Positions 25,880 through 39,803 of a stretch of DNA of 64,000 nucleotides are shown here, in pieces (position 1 is the first letter of the stretch; every line of letters begins with the position of its first letter). Source of the stretch: Thalia democratica (lineage: Eukaryota); the NCBI GenBank assembly GCA_965202585.1, contig OZ241834.1:620001-684000 (forward strand). Direction: 5' to 3'. The translations under genes were made by a program, and so were the position numbers. The notes under the pieces are model-generated. The model made no database searches. It saw only the letters and a program-made list of their open reading frames with translations, and was not told the DNA's origin.

Positions 25880-27700
25880 TAGTATCTGAATTTGATAATG
25901 CTTCTTTTTTTAACAAGTCCTCTCAAAAAGTATTTGATGAAGATGATAAAGACGAAAATTTGAAATATTTTTAGAAAAACTGTCTATAAATGCAAAGTTT
26001 ATTTAAAAGCAATGATGAAAAAATTAATTCTTTTAACTTTTTGAAAGATGAAATAATAAGGACACCGAAAATGTTTCTTCATATTTATTAAGCGCACAAT
26101 TTATTCTTTCAAGTAATTTTAAATTGTTCTTTGGCTACATACTTTGCGCCAAAACAATGGAAAATATCACTGAAGTAAGATCACTAAGGTAACAAAAAGG
26201 TAGCAAGTACAACCTTTGAAATTTCGAACCAATCTTTTTGATGAGTAGTATTTGCATTATCTTTGAACATGTAAGTTTTATAAGTCACGTGGTAATTTTT
26301 TAAACCTTATTTTACCTAAACAATTTGGTTTTCTCTCTAATAAGTGTACTGAAGTAATTTATACAGAAATCCAAAAGATTTCGACTCTGTATTCATTTCA
26401 AATTAACAAAAACATTTTTTCAGTGCAAAATTTGTATTAGTCTAGTTAGTTTAAAGGGTTTCTTCATATTATAACCCAAAAAGTAGTAATTAATAACACA
26501 ATTTAAACCTTTACCGGTCTTCAATGGAGTGCCTCAAGGAAGGTATGTTAATTGAAGCTTCTGAAGTCGATGTAAGCAGCAATACTAATCTCTACTAACG
26601 ACACAAAAAAGTTTTAACGATACTAATATAGCCTTAAAAAAATTCTTAGATAAAGTTTACCTTTGGCTAAAAGAAGAAAATTTAGCTTAAACTTCTAGTG
26701 ACGTAGTAGATGTCATGTTTTCAAAAAATACCTTTATCTCTACTTTTGACTTTAAAAAAAAATATCTTTAAAATAAGTGTTTAAAGATTTTTGAATTTTT
26801 TTGCTGAAAAATTAAAATGGAACCATTATACTAATAAGCTTTACCGATTCATATCGGCTATATGTATTAAAGTTTTAAATACACGGATATAACATCTTAA
26901 AAAAGTTGTACTTCTTATAAACTCGTCCTAAGTTGGAATACAACACACCAATCTGGTCTCCATACTTTAAAAAAAATAAAAAATAAAAGATATTAATCAT
27001 ATAAAAATTTTTAAAATTTTTGTACCAGAATAATCTTCAACCGCTGCAATGTTTCTTATACGCCAGGGGTCGGCAGCCTTATGTAACTCGCCGGCCAACT
27101 TTATTAAAAAAAATTTCTCACGGGCCGCATTACTTGGAAAAAGACCTTTGAGGGCCGCATTTATCATTTATTAAAAAAGAATCTAGTAATCAGAAAAATA
27201 CATAAATTAAGATCAAAAATATAATAATTTAAGCAATATTAGAGGACTAATAAAGAGTATTTATTGAAATAAGAGCCTAACTGTAAGTTTTTATTACAAA
27301 ATATTTAATTTCTTATGTTTTAAAAATGTATGTTTCATGCTAACTAGGAGCCGCAGATTTTGACTTTGAAGTCCGCAGTTTACCGACCTCTGTTATACGC
27401 TTTACCTTGATAGACTACAAACACATAATTTGAATTTTAAGAACATAGAAAACTTAACCTCATTACTTTTTTTTAATTTGGTTAAGGTTAAACTACAACT
27501 AATTTACCATCCACTTCTGAATCTTATAAAATAATTTATATTCTCAAGTGTAAAAACAAGAACATTATATTTATATATCATTTCAATAATGATGTTTGGC
27601 ATAATTCTTTGTTTTATCGTTCAGTTAAAACTTGGAACAAACTTTAAAATAATTTAGTGTCTTGCAAAAAAAGTTAAACATTTTCGATTAAAGTTAAAAA
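25880..27700 (+). mobile_element. Decayed CR1/L2-group LINE, reverse-transcriptase region to ORF2 end
   Basis: Ordered remnants with stops and frameshifts: NFEPIFLMSSICIIFEH (~26220, cf. NYRPISL), V.YT...K.FDSV (~26350-26390), NGVPQG (26523-26540), LEYNTPIWSPY (26933), FYRSVKTWNKL (27612). Interrupted by the 27064 MITE. Confidence 0.8.
27064..27392. mobile_element. hAT MITE with a perfect 8-bp TSD, inserted in the CR1 remnant
   Basis: TIR CAGGGGTCGGCA / TACCGACCTCTG; identical flanks TTATACGC at 27056-27063 and 27393-27400; internal GGGCCGCA motifs. Confidence 0.9.
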
Positions 27701-28602
27701 TTTAGGTTTGCTGTTTTTTTACCAACAATTGATTAAACTTGTAAGATTTGATTTAATCCATAGTTCGATTTTATTAGCAGCGCTTTTCCTCTATGATTAA
27801 TGAAATCCTTTACAATGTTCGTTAAAATTTACTAGGCCTGTCTATTCTTAATGTGCTTGGGGCTTATAATTTCATTGCTAGTCAATGCATTTAAACTTTT
27901 AATGTTTTATGAAATAGTCTGTATATCTTGATATTGTACGTTTGTAATTGTATCGATTATGCCTTGGCATTGCAATAAATGATAAAAAGATCTTAATTCA
28001 ACATATTTCATAGAATTGCAAACATTAAACTTAAATGCAGACATTATTAATGATGACAAATAATTGTATTATAACCGGACTAAAGCATTATATATTTTTT
28101 GTAAACAATTAAATATTTTGAAGGTTGATATCAAAAATTAATAAGTAGGTTGATGCCAAAGTCTTTGTTTGTTTTCACTTAATTAGATTTTAAAATGATT
28201 GAAGGCTGGTAAGAAGTTGATGCTAATAGAGGAAAAAGTAATACTTTAACGAATGATGAAAAGTCCTCCATAAGAATCTTCTTTACAACGTTGTTTCAAC
28301 TACTTTAGTAAAACTCTAATATGCGACACACTTGGTAATTTTTACTCAAGTGGCGCTTCTGCTAATAATCCTAATCAATCAAATTGACAACAAACATTTT
28401 AGATTTCGCTAATTTTCGAATATTCTAAATGCTTAAATATATTGCTATGAACCTAAAATTCTTAAACTACACGCGTACTGATCAGTATGTATTAGTACTT
28501 AAATTAAAGTGTACAACTCTAACAACAAATCGTATTCTCAATTAATAATAATATCTAGTTTAACCACTATTCTTTCTTTGTACATAAAGTATACTGTTTA
28601 TA

Positions 28603-31600
28603 TTTATTATTATTATATACTCCAGTGAACTTGTATCGCAATGATCTGTATTAGTCAACGCTTAAATTTATATTTTGAATAGTGTTTCCTAAATATGCTT
28701 TTAATTATATTTTAGACAACCCGCTTATTAAAACAGTCGCTTGATAAACTATTTTCAATAATTATTTATATATAAAAAAAAGTCCTGTTTCCATATTATT
28801 CTGCCAACATAAAGTCTGCAAAAAATATTTCGTGTCCGCTACAATTCTGCAACTCGATGACCGAGTATCCTCGTTTTGCGTATCTAGGTCCTTGAACCAC
28901 AAATTTTTGAGCGATTTTTTGATTTTGTTCAATAAACCACTTACTTAGTTTAAAGAAAACTTGGAGCTGTGCATATGACCATGGGACTAAAAAGTATTTT
29001 TGAAGATCTTTGTTTAAGTAATCCATGAAGTTAAGGGAATAATTAAAAAAAGGTTTAATTTAATTTACCACTTCGAAACATTTAGACAAACTATATAGGT
29101 GGTAACAAACAATTTGTAATACTTTTAAAACTCTAGGTACATGGAGAAAATATATGCATTGGTATCAAATGTTGGCAAGTTTTATATTTTTGATAGTTTC
29201 GCCCGCTGACCTATAATTTGCTTTTTTTATACTACTGTTGAGCTAATATTTTTCAGTGTAGCGGTTTGTAAATTTTTTTCTTGAAAATTTATAGAAATAC
29301 CAAGACTTTAAAAACAAAGTTTATACTAGATAGCAATTTTAGTCTGATAACTAAATATTTATGTAAAGTACAAAATTTACATAACGCTTTGAACGACAAT
29401 CTATTCTAAATTAGCTGTAGTACAGTTGCAATATTTACAGAGGAATTTGTAAATAATAATTTCAGGATAATTTTAGGTACAAGATTATTTAAATAATATC
29501 AATTACATATATGTTAAATATAATTATTCATTAGGTCAAGCTTGTTGCATGAGCTGCTTGACAAATTATTTTCAAATAAACATTTATAATTATATAAAAT
29601 TGTCTCATCTTCAGATTATTCTACCTACAGACTTCATAACTCTTCTTTATAAAAAGATGGTTGATTATCAACCCGCAAGGAAATTTGCATTATGAAATTA
29701 ATTTATTTTAATCTAGCTTACACTCCTAAAAAAGAATATTTTTATGTCCTAACTTAGAAATAAAACAATCATGTGATTAAACAAGCACAGAATAAAACGA
29801 AAAAAAAAAGCAAGAAGCATTTGACACATTTTTAATGAATCTAAATAGTTGTACAACATTTTTATCGCAAATTTTTATTGCTGTTGATTAAAAACATAAA
29901 ATAAATTATAGATTAACACATTAAGTCTTAAATTTCTCAAGTTAGTTAATACACTAACACTTTTTTAGTATGTCATATAAATTTTACACTTACTTATATT
30001 TTTGTACATTATTTGAATTTATTTATCTAGACTGTAAAATAGAATTTTTTAGAATTTACACCAATCAATATTATTTAATTTAGGATTACTTCTTTTACAA
30101 ATAAGTAACTATTTTATTATTCTAAATTAATAAAAAGAAATCAAATGCCGTAGAATCAAGATTTGACCTCCTTGGTTATAATTTATAATAATAAGTTTAC
30201 TTAAATTTATATTTTTCAAGTACTAATTTCAAGTTAAATTTTCTCTAATAAGTTTTATTCAAGTTGCAATTGATAACTACCAAAATATTCAGCAAAATTT
30301 TAGTATTTAACACTTACTTATAAGTCTATATTCAGTTATATTTGTTAATTCTTAATAGAGGTTTGTCAAAGCATTGATAAAAAATAGCTATTGAATTTTT
30401 ATTTGAGCTATAATTTGAAGTATAAAAAAGCTGTAGAAATTGTAAATACTTATTTTCAAAAGAGCATTAGGTATTAAAATCTGACAAAAGGGTATACTGG
30501 TTAAGTTAAAAACTACTAAATGTTTAAAATAAAACAACATATTTTTAAACAATATACATAAATAACTGTTTTTAAATAATATTATTAACATTTTGTAAAT
30601 TTCATAAACTGCTACACTACTTATTTTTTTTTAATATTTAAAAAATATTTTAACCATTTTAATGCAGTTTTTTCACTAAGCAAATAAGCAACCCATAAAT
30701 TAAGAAATTAATAATTTGTTACAAAACCTGAAACTTTGAGCATAATCAATTGCAACTTGAATACATTTTGTTCAATAAAACCTATGTTTAAATTAATTGT
30801 TATGAGTCAATTAAACATTATATTTTGGCTTTTATGTATAAATAAATTATTCAACTTTCCGGACTAATTGAAAATATGCGGTTAATCAACTAACTTGATA
30901 TATTATATGTGGGCTAGGTTGTCAAAATTTATATTAAAAATAGAAATTCAATCAATGTACAAAATTTTAATAATATTGTGGAATTTTTTTTTAATAAGTA
31001 CTTTGAGGTTAAGGGTTTTCAATTTTATACACAAACTTAGCAATATGTTTTTTTTATTATATTCCTACAAAATTCCATCAACAGTTTTGAGAACTAGAAC
31101 TAAAATCTTAGATTTCTTCAAATGGAATATTTCTAATAGTTTATTAACTAGAACTATTTTATTTTACATGGAGTCTCCCAATAAATTCAACTAGCTACAT
31201 TTTTAACAAATATATCAAAAATGTACAGAAAGTATGAAAAGATTTAAGTATTAGTAATTAACTACATGTAAATTGTCTTAAGAAAGTTGGTTGAAAATTA
31301 GATTTGTTTATTTGTAATAATTTTATTAACATCTTAGTTAGCATCTTAGTTAGCATCTTTCGTTAGGAAATCTATTGAATTCACCAACTTTGATATTATT
31401 TACATGAAAAAATTCTTTGTATTTTTAAAATGTCTGATAAAGGTAAAAATTTACAAAACAAGATCGATTGTAGAAAATTAAATGGTTGACAAATAAGTTT
31501 TGCAAATTTCATCCAGGATTTCTGAATTTCTTCCAGGTTTTCAAAGAACACGATTTTGAGTCTACTTTTGGTTTAAAATTAAGTTTAAGGTAAAAACTGT

Positions 31601-34600
31601 GTCAAAGATATAAAGTGAATTTACCAAGAATAATTTTCTACATAAAACTTTATAAATTTTCAATCTTTCAACTTCAATTTTTTAATTAGAATTATACATA
31701 AAATTTCGGCAATAACCATTGTATATAGTAACAATACAAATAATTTAAATAGAATATAATACTATACTTTAACAAATTTTTAGTTTTAAAAAACTTAAAA
31801 ATTTGTCAAGATGATCTTTGCAGCACATTAAACAAATAAATTATACCAAATAATATTCACATTCATCTGCTCCAACAGGTAATTGAACTTTACAACATGT
31901 GTGCCAACCTTTTGCTTATATCGATGTGAAAAGAATAAAGATTGTTGAACTAAATAACAATCATCATATGAAATTTATGTTTTTAAAATTAATAACTTTG
32001 TAATGCAAGAAGTAGTTTAAACTTTTATTAAAGTTATTAATTGCTGAATATTTTAGAAATTATATCAATAAAGGCAATCTATAATCACAGTATTATGAAT
32101 ACAGTCTAAGTTTATTATTATTCTATACTCCAGTGAACTTGTATCGCAATGATCTGTATTAGTCAACGCTTTAATTTATATTTTGAATAGTTTATTCTTA
32201 AATATGCTTTTAATTATATTTTAGACAACCCGCTTATTAAAACAGTCGCTTGATAAACTATTTTCAATAATTATTTATATATAAAAAATTGTTCTCATTC
32301 CATATTATCCTGCCTACATAAGGTCTGCATAAAATATTTCGTGTCCGCTACAATTCTGCAACTCGATGACCGAGTATCCTCGTTTTGCGTATTTAGGTCC
32401 TTGAACCACAAATTTTTGAGCAATTTTTTGATTTTGATCAATAAACCACTTACTTAGTTTAAAGAAAACTAGGAGCTGTACATATGACCATGGGACTAAA
32501 AAGTATTTTTGAAGATCTTCATTTAAGTAATCCATGAAGTTAAGGGAATAATTAAAAAAATTATTTAATTTACCACTTCGAAACATTTAGACAAATTATT
32601 TAGGTGGTAACAAACAATTTGTAATACTTTTAAAACTCTAGGTACATGGAGAAAATATATGCATTGGTATCAAATGTTGGCAAGTTTTTTTTTTTAATAG
32701 TTTCGCCCCGCTGACCTATAATTTGCTTTTACTATACTACTGTTGAGATAATATGTTTAAGTGTAGCGGTTTGTAAATTTTTTTCTTGAAAATTTATAGA
32801 AATACCAAGACTTTAAAAACAAAGTTTATAAATACTAATTTGCTTGTACGGTTAAGCTAGTATGTTTCAGTTTAGCGGTTTGTAAATTTTTTTCTTGAAA
32901 ATTTATAGAAATACCAAGACTTTAAAAACAAAGTTTATATTAGATAGCAATTTTAGTCTGCTAACTAAATATTTATGTAAAGTACAAAATTTACATAACG
33001 CTTTGAACGACAATCTATTCTAAATTAGCTGTAGTACAGTTGCAATATTTACAGAGGAAGTTGTAAAAAATAATTTCAGGATAATTTTAGGTACAAGATT
33101 ATTTAATCAATATCATTTAGCTAAAATACATTAGGTCTAACTTGTTGCATGAGCTGCTTGACAAATTATTTTCAAATAAACATTTATAAATATATAAAAT
33201 TGTCTCATCTTCAGATTATTCTACCTACAGACTTCATAAATCTTCTTTATAAAAAGATGGTTGATTATCAACCCGCAAGGAAATTTGCATTATGAAATTA
33301 ATTTTACTTCAATCTAGCTTACACTCCTAAAATATTTTTATGTCCTAACTTAGAAATAGAAATAAAACACTCATGTGATTAAACAAGCACAGAAAATGAA
33401 AACAAAAGCAAGAAGCATTTGACACATTTTTAATGAATCTAAATAGTTGTACAACATTTTTATCGCAAATTTTTATTGCTGTTGATTAAAAACATAAAAT
33501 AAATTATAGATTAACACATTAAGTCTTAAATTTCTCAAGTTAGTTAATACACTAACACTTTGTTAGTATGTCATATAAACTTTACACTTACTTATATTTT
33601 TGTACATTATTTGAAATTATCTATCTAGACTGTAAAATAGAATTTTTTAGAATTTACACCAATCAATATTATTTAATTTAGGATTACTTCTTTTACAAAT
33701 AAGTAACTATTTTATTATTCTAAATTAATAAAAAGAAATCAAATGCCGTAGAATCAAGATTTGACCTCCTTGGTTATAATTTATAATAATAAGTTTACTT
33801 AAATTTATATTTTTCAAGTACTAATTTCAAGTTAAATTTTCTCTAATAAGTTTTATTCAAGTTGCAATTGATAACTACCAAAATATTCAGCTAAATTTTA
33901 GTATTTAAAACTTACTTATAAGTCTATATTCAGTTATATTTGTTTTTTTGTTAATTCTTGATAGAGATTTGTCAAAGCATTGATAAAAAATAACTATTGA
34001 ATTTTTATTTGAGCTATAATTAGAAGTATAAAAAAGCTGTAGAAATTGTAAATACTTATTTTCAAAAGAGCATTAGGTATTAAACTCTGACAAAAGGGTA
34101 TACTGGTTAAGTTAAAAACTAATAAATGTTTAAAATAAAACAACATATTTTTGAACAATATTTAACATAAATAACGGTTTTTAAATAATATTATAAACAT
34201 TTTGTAAATTTCATAAACTGCTACACTATTTATTTTTTTTTTATATTTAAGAAATATTTTAACCATTATAATGCAGTTTTTTAACTAAGCAAATAAGCAA
34301 CCCATAACTTAAGAAATTAATAGTTTGTTACAAAACCTGAAACTTTGAGCATAATCAATTGCAACTTGAATACATTTTGTTCAATAAAACCTATGTTTAA
34401 ATTAATTGTTATTAGTAAATTAAACATTATATTTTGGCTTTTATGTATAAATAAATTATTCAACTTTCCGGACTAATTGAAAATATGCGGTTAATCAACT
34501 AACTTGATATATTATATGTGGGCTAGGTTGTCAAAATTTATATTAAAAATAGAAATTCAATCAATGTACAAAATTTTAATAATATTGTGGAATTTTTTTT

Positions 34601-37600
34601 TAATAAGTACTTTGAGGTTAAGGGTTTTCAATTTTATACACAAACTTAGCAATATGTTTTTTTTATTATATTCCTACAAAATTCCATCAACAGTTTTGAG
34701 AACTAGAACTAAAATCTTAGATTTCTTCAAATGGAATATTTCTAATAGTTTATTAACTAGAACTATTTTATTTTACATGGAGTCTCCCAATAAATTCAAC
34801 TAGCTACATTTTTAACAAATATATCAAAAATGTACAGAAAGTATGAAAAGATTTAAGTATTAGTAATTAACTACATGTAAATTGTCTTAAGAAAGTTGGT
34901 TGAAAATTAGATTTGTTTATTTGTAATAATTTTATTAACATCTTAGTTAGCATCTTAGTTAGCATCTTTCGTTAGGAAATCTATTGAATTCACCAACTTT
35001 GATATTATTTACATGAAAAAATTCTTTGTATTTTTAAAATGTCTGATAAAGGTAAAAATTTACAAAACAAGATCGATTGTAGAAAATTAAATGGTTGACA
35101 AATAAGTTTTGCAAATTTCATCCAGGATTTCTGAATTTCTTCCAGGTTTTCAAAGAACACGATTTTGAGTCTACTTTTGGTTTAAAATTAAGTTTAAGGT
35201 AAAAACTGTGTCAAAGATATAAAGTGAATTTACCAAGAATAATTTTCTACATAAAACTTTATAAATTTTCAATCTTTCAACTTCAATTTTTTAATTAGAA
35301 TTATACATAAAATTTCGGCAATAACCATTGTATATAGTAACAATACAAATAATTTAAATAGAATATAATACTATACTTTAACAAATTTTTAGTTTTAAAA
35401 AACTTAAAAATTTGTCAAGATGATCTTTGCAGCACATTAAACAAATAAATTATACCAAATAATATTCACATTCATCTGCTCCAACAGGTAATTGAACTTT
35501 ACAACATGTGTGCCAACCTTTTGCTTATATCGATGTGAAAAGAATAAAGATTGTTGAACTAAATAACAATCATCATATGAAATTTATGTTTTTAAAATTA
35601 ATAACTTTGTAATGCAAGAAGTAGTTTAAACTTTTATTAAAGTTATTAATTGCTGAATATTTTAGAAATTATATCAATAAAGGCAATCTATAATCACAGT
35701 ATTATGAATACAGTCTAAGTTTATTATTATTCTATACTCCAGTGAACTTGTATCGCAATGATCTGTATTAGTCAACGCTTTAATTTATATTTTGAATAGT
35801 TTATTCTTAAATATGCTTTTAATTATATTTTAGACAACCCGCTTATTAAAACAGTCGCTTGATAAACTATTTTCAATAATTATTTATATATAAAAAATTG
35901 TTCTCATTCCATATTATCCTGCCTACATAAGGTCTGCATAAAATATTTCGTGTCCGCTACAATTCTGCAACTCGATGACCGAGTATCCTCGTTTTGCGTA
36001 TTTAGGTCCTTGAACCACAAATTTTTGAGCAATTTTTTGATTTTGATCAATAAACCACTTACTTAGTTTAAAGAAAACTAGGAGCTGTACATATGACCAT
36101 GGGACTAAAAAGTATTTTTGAAGATCTTCATTTAAGTAATCCATGAAGTTAAGGGAATAATTAAAAAAATTATTTAATTTACCACTTCGAAACATTTAGA
36201 CAAATTATTTAGGTGGTAACAAACAATTTGTAATACTTTTAAAACTCTAGGTACATGGAGAAAATATATGCATTGGTATCAAATGTTGGCAAGTTTTTTT
36301 TTTTAATAGTTTCGCCCCGCTGACCTATAATTTGCTTTTACTATACTACTGTTGAGATAATATGTTTAAGTGTAGCGGTTTGTAAATTTTTTTCTTGAAA
36401 ATTTATAGAAATACCAAGACTTTAAAAACAAAGTTTATAAATACTAATTTGCTTGTACGGTTAAGCTAGTATGTTTCAGTTTAGCGGTTTGTAAATTTTT
36501 TTCTTGAAAATTTATAGAAATACCAAGACTTTAAAAACAAAGTTTATATTAGATAGCAATTTTAGTCTGCTAACTAAATATTTATGTAAAGTACAAAATT
36601 TACATAACGCTTTGAACGACAATCTATTCTAAATTAGCTGTAGTACAGTTGCAATATTTACAGAGGAAGTTGTAAAAAATAATTTCAGGATAATTTTAGG
36701 TACAAGATTATTTAATCAATATCATTTAGCTAAAATACATTAGGTCTAACTTGTTGCATGAGCTGCTTGACAAATTATTTTCAAATAAACATTTATAAAT
36801 ATATAAAATTGTCTCATCTTCAGATTATTCTACCTACAGACTTCATAAATCTTCTTTATAAAAAGATGGTTGATTATCAACCCGCAAGGAAATTTGCATT
36901 ATGAAATTAATTTTACTTCAATCTAGCTTACACTCCTAAAATATTTTTATGTCCTAACTTAGAAATAGAAATAAAACACTCATGTGATTAAACAAGCACA
37001 GAAAATGAAAACAAAAGCAAGAAGCATTTGACACATTTTTAATGAATCTAAATAGTTGTACAACATTTTTATCGCAAATTTTTATTGCTGTTGATTAAAA
37101 ACATAAAATAAATTATAGATTAACACATTAAGTCTTAAATTTCTCAAGTTAGTTAATACACTAACACTTTGTTAGTATGTCATATAAACTTTACACTTAC
37201 TTATATTTTTGTACATTATTTGAAATTATCTATCTAGACTGTAAAATAGAATTTTTTAGAATTTACACCAATCAATATTATTTAATTTAGGATTACTTCT
37301 TTTACAAATAAGTAACTATTTTATTATTCTAAATTAATAAAAAGAAATCAAATGCCGTAGAATCAAGATTTGACCTCCTTGGTTATAATTTATAATAATA
37401 AGTTTACTTAAATTTATATTTTTCAAGTACTAATTTCAAGTTAAATTTTCTCTAATAAGTTTTATTCAAGTTGCAATTGATAACTACCAAAATATTCAGC
37501 TAAATTTTAGTATTTAAAACTTACTTATAAGTCTATATTCAGTTATATTTGTTTTTTTGTTAATTCTTGATAGAGATTTGTCAAAGCATTGATAAAAAAT

Positions 37601-39290
37601 AACTATTGAATTTTTATTTGAGCTATAATTAGAAGTATAAAAAAGCTGTAGAAATTGTAAATACTTATTTTCAAAAGAGCATTAGGTATTAAACTCTGAC
37701 AAAAGGGTATACTGGTTAAGTTAAAAACTAATAAATGTTTAAAATAAAACAACATATTTTTGAACAATATTTAACATAAATAACGGTTTTTAAATAATAT
37801 TATAAACATTTTGTAAATTTCATAAACTGCTACACTATTTATTTTTTTTTTATATTTAAGAAATATTTTAACCATTATAATGCAGTTTTTTAACTAAGCA
37901 AATAAGCAACCCATAACTTAAGAAATTAATAGTTTGTTACAAAACCTGAAACTTTGAGCATAATCAATTGCAACTTGAATACATTTTGTTCAATAAAACC
38001 TATGTTTAAATTAATTGTTATTAGTAAATTAAACATTATATTTTGGCTTTTATGTATAAATAAATTATTCAACTTTCCGGACTAATTGAAAATATGCGGT
38101 TAATCAACTAACTTGATATATTATATGTGGGCTAGGTTGTCAAAATTTATATTAAAAATAGAAATTCAATCAATGTACAAAATTTTAATAATATTGTGGA
38201 ATTTTTTTTTAATAAGTACTTTGAGGTTAAGGGTTTTCAATTTTATACACAAACTTAGCAATATGTTTTTTTTATTATATTCCTACAAAATTCCATCAAC
38301 AGTTTTGAGAACTAGAACTAAAATCTTAGATTTCTTCAAATGGAATATTTCTAATAGTTTATTAACTAGAACTATTTTATTTTACATGGAGTCTCCCAAT
38401 AAAATCAACTAGCTACATTTTTAACAAATATATCAAAAATGTACAGAAAGTATGAAAAGATTTAAGTATTAGTAATTAATTACATGTAAATTGTCTTAAG
38501 AAAGTTGGTTGAAAACTAGATTAAATTATTTGTAATAATTTTATTAACATCTTAGTTAGCATCTTTCATTGGGAAATCTATTAAAATCACCAACTTTGAT
38601 ATTATTTACATGGAAAAGTTCTTTGTATTTTTAACATTTTAAATTGTCTGATAAAGGTAAAACTTTACAAAATAAGATCGACTTGTAGAAAATTAAATGG
38701 TTGACAAATGAGTTTTGCAAATTTCCTCCGAATTTCTGAATTTCTTCCAGGTTTTCAAAGAACACGATTTTGAGTCTACTTTTGGTTTAAAATTAAGTTT
38801 AAGGTAAAAACTGTGTCAAAGATATAAAGTGAATTTACCAAGAATAATTTTGTACATAAAACTTTATAAATTTTCAATCTTTCAACTTCAATTTTTTAAT
38901 TAGAATTATACATAAAATTTCGGCAATAACCATTTTATATAGTAATCATACCAATAATTTAAATAGAATATAATATTATACTTTAACAAATTTATAGTTT
39001 TAGAAAACTTATAAATTTGTCAAAATGCTCATTGCAGCAAAACAAATAAATTATCCCAAATAATATTCACATTCATCTGCTCCAACAGGTAATTGAACTT
39101 TACAACATGTGTGCCAACCTTTTGCTTATATGTGAAAAGAATAAAGATTGTTGAACTTAGTAACAATCATCATATGAAATTTATGTTTTTAAAAGTAATA
39201 ACTTTGTAATGCAAGAAGTAGTTTATACTTTATCAAAATTATTAATTGCTGAATATTTTAGAAATTATGTCAATAAAGCATAATAATCTC
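28603..39290 (+). repeat. Three tandem copies of a ~3.5-3.6-kb unit (A 28603-32110, B 32111-35719, C 35720-~39290)
   Basis: Each unit starts TTTATTATTATT(A/C)TATACTCCAGTGAACTTG. ORFs recur at a 3609-bp period (30895/34504/38113; 32314/35923). Confidence 0.95.
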
Positions 39291-39803
39291 ACTAAGGGCT
39301 TAAAAGGCAAACTATTAATTACACAAGTATTACCAGATTGTTAAATAATAAAGTAATAAGTAACGCTTGATTGTCTCCTTTATTATTTAATCAAGAAACT
39401 TTTATCTAAAAAGTATGTACGTATGAAATAAACAAATTTAAAGACACATCAATGGTATATTTATAATATTCAAAAATAAACGATTTTTTATAGAAAAACA
39501 GCTGAACTATTTTTAAAACAGTACTAAGCTTTAACACCATAAGTCTCTAACAAACGTCAAAAACGTTTATTTGAACTTTTTTAAAAAGAACTTTAAAACT
39601 TAGGATACAAAGAACTATTAACATTGAAAGTAATAATTGCTTTAGATCATATAAAAGGAGAGATTTTTCAGTAAACATTTCCTTTTTTTCAAAATTCGAA
39701 ACTATTAATAATAATTTATGATATTAAAGTAAATTTATTCTAAAGTTACTTTAAAAACATAAATTATTTTTTAATTAAAAAATCACGTAACTTAATTTTA
39801 ATA

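Noticed and set aside
30895-38412. 99-aa ORF repeated at 30895, 34504 and 38113
   Set aside because: Low-complexity I/L/F/K/N composition typical of AT-rich non-coding DNA. Its conservation only reflects the recent duplication.
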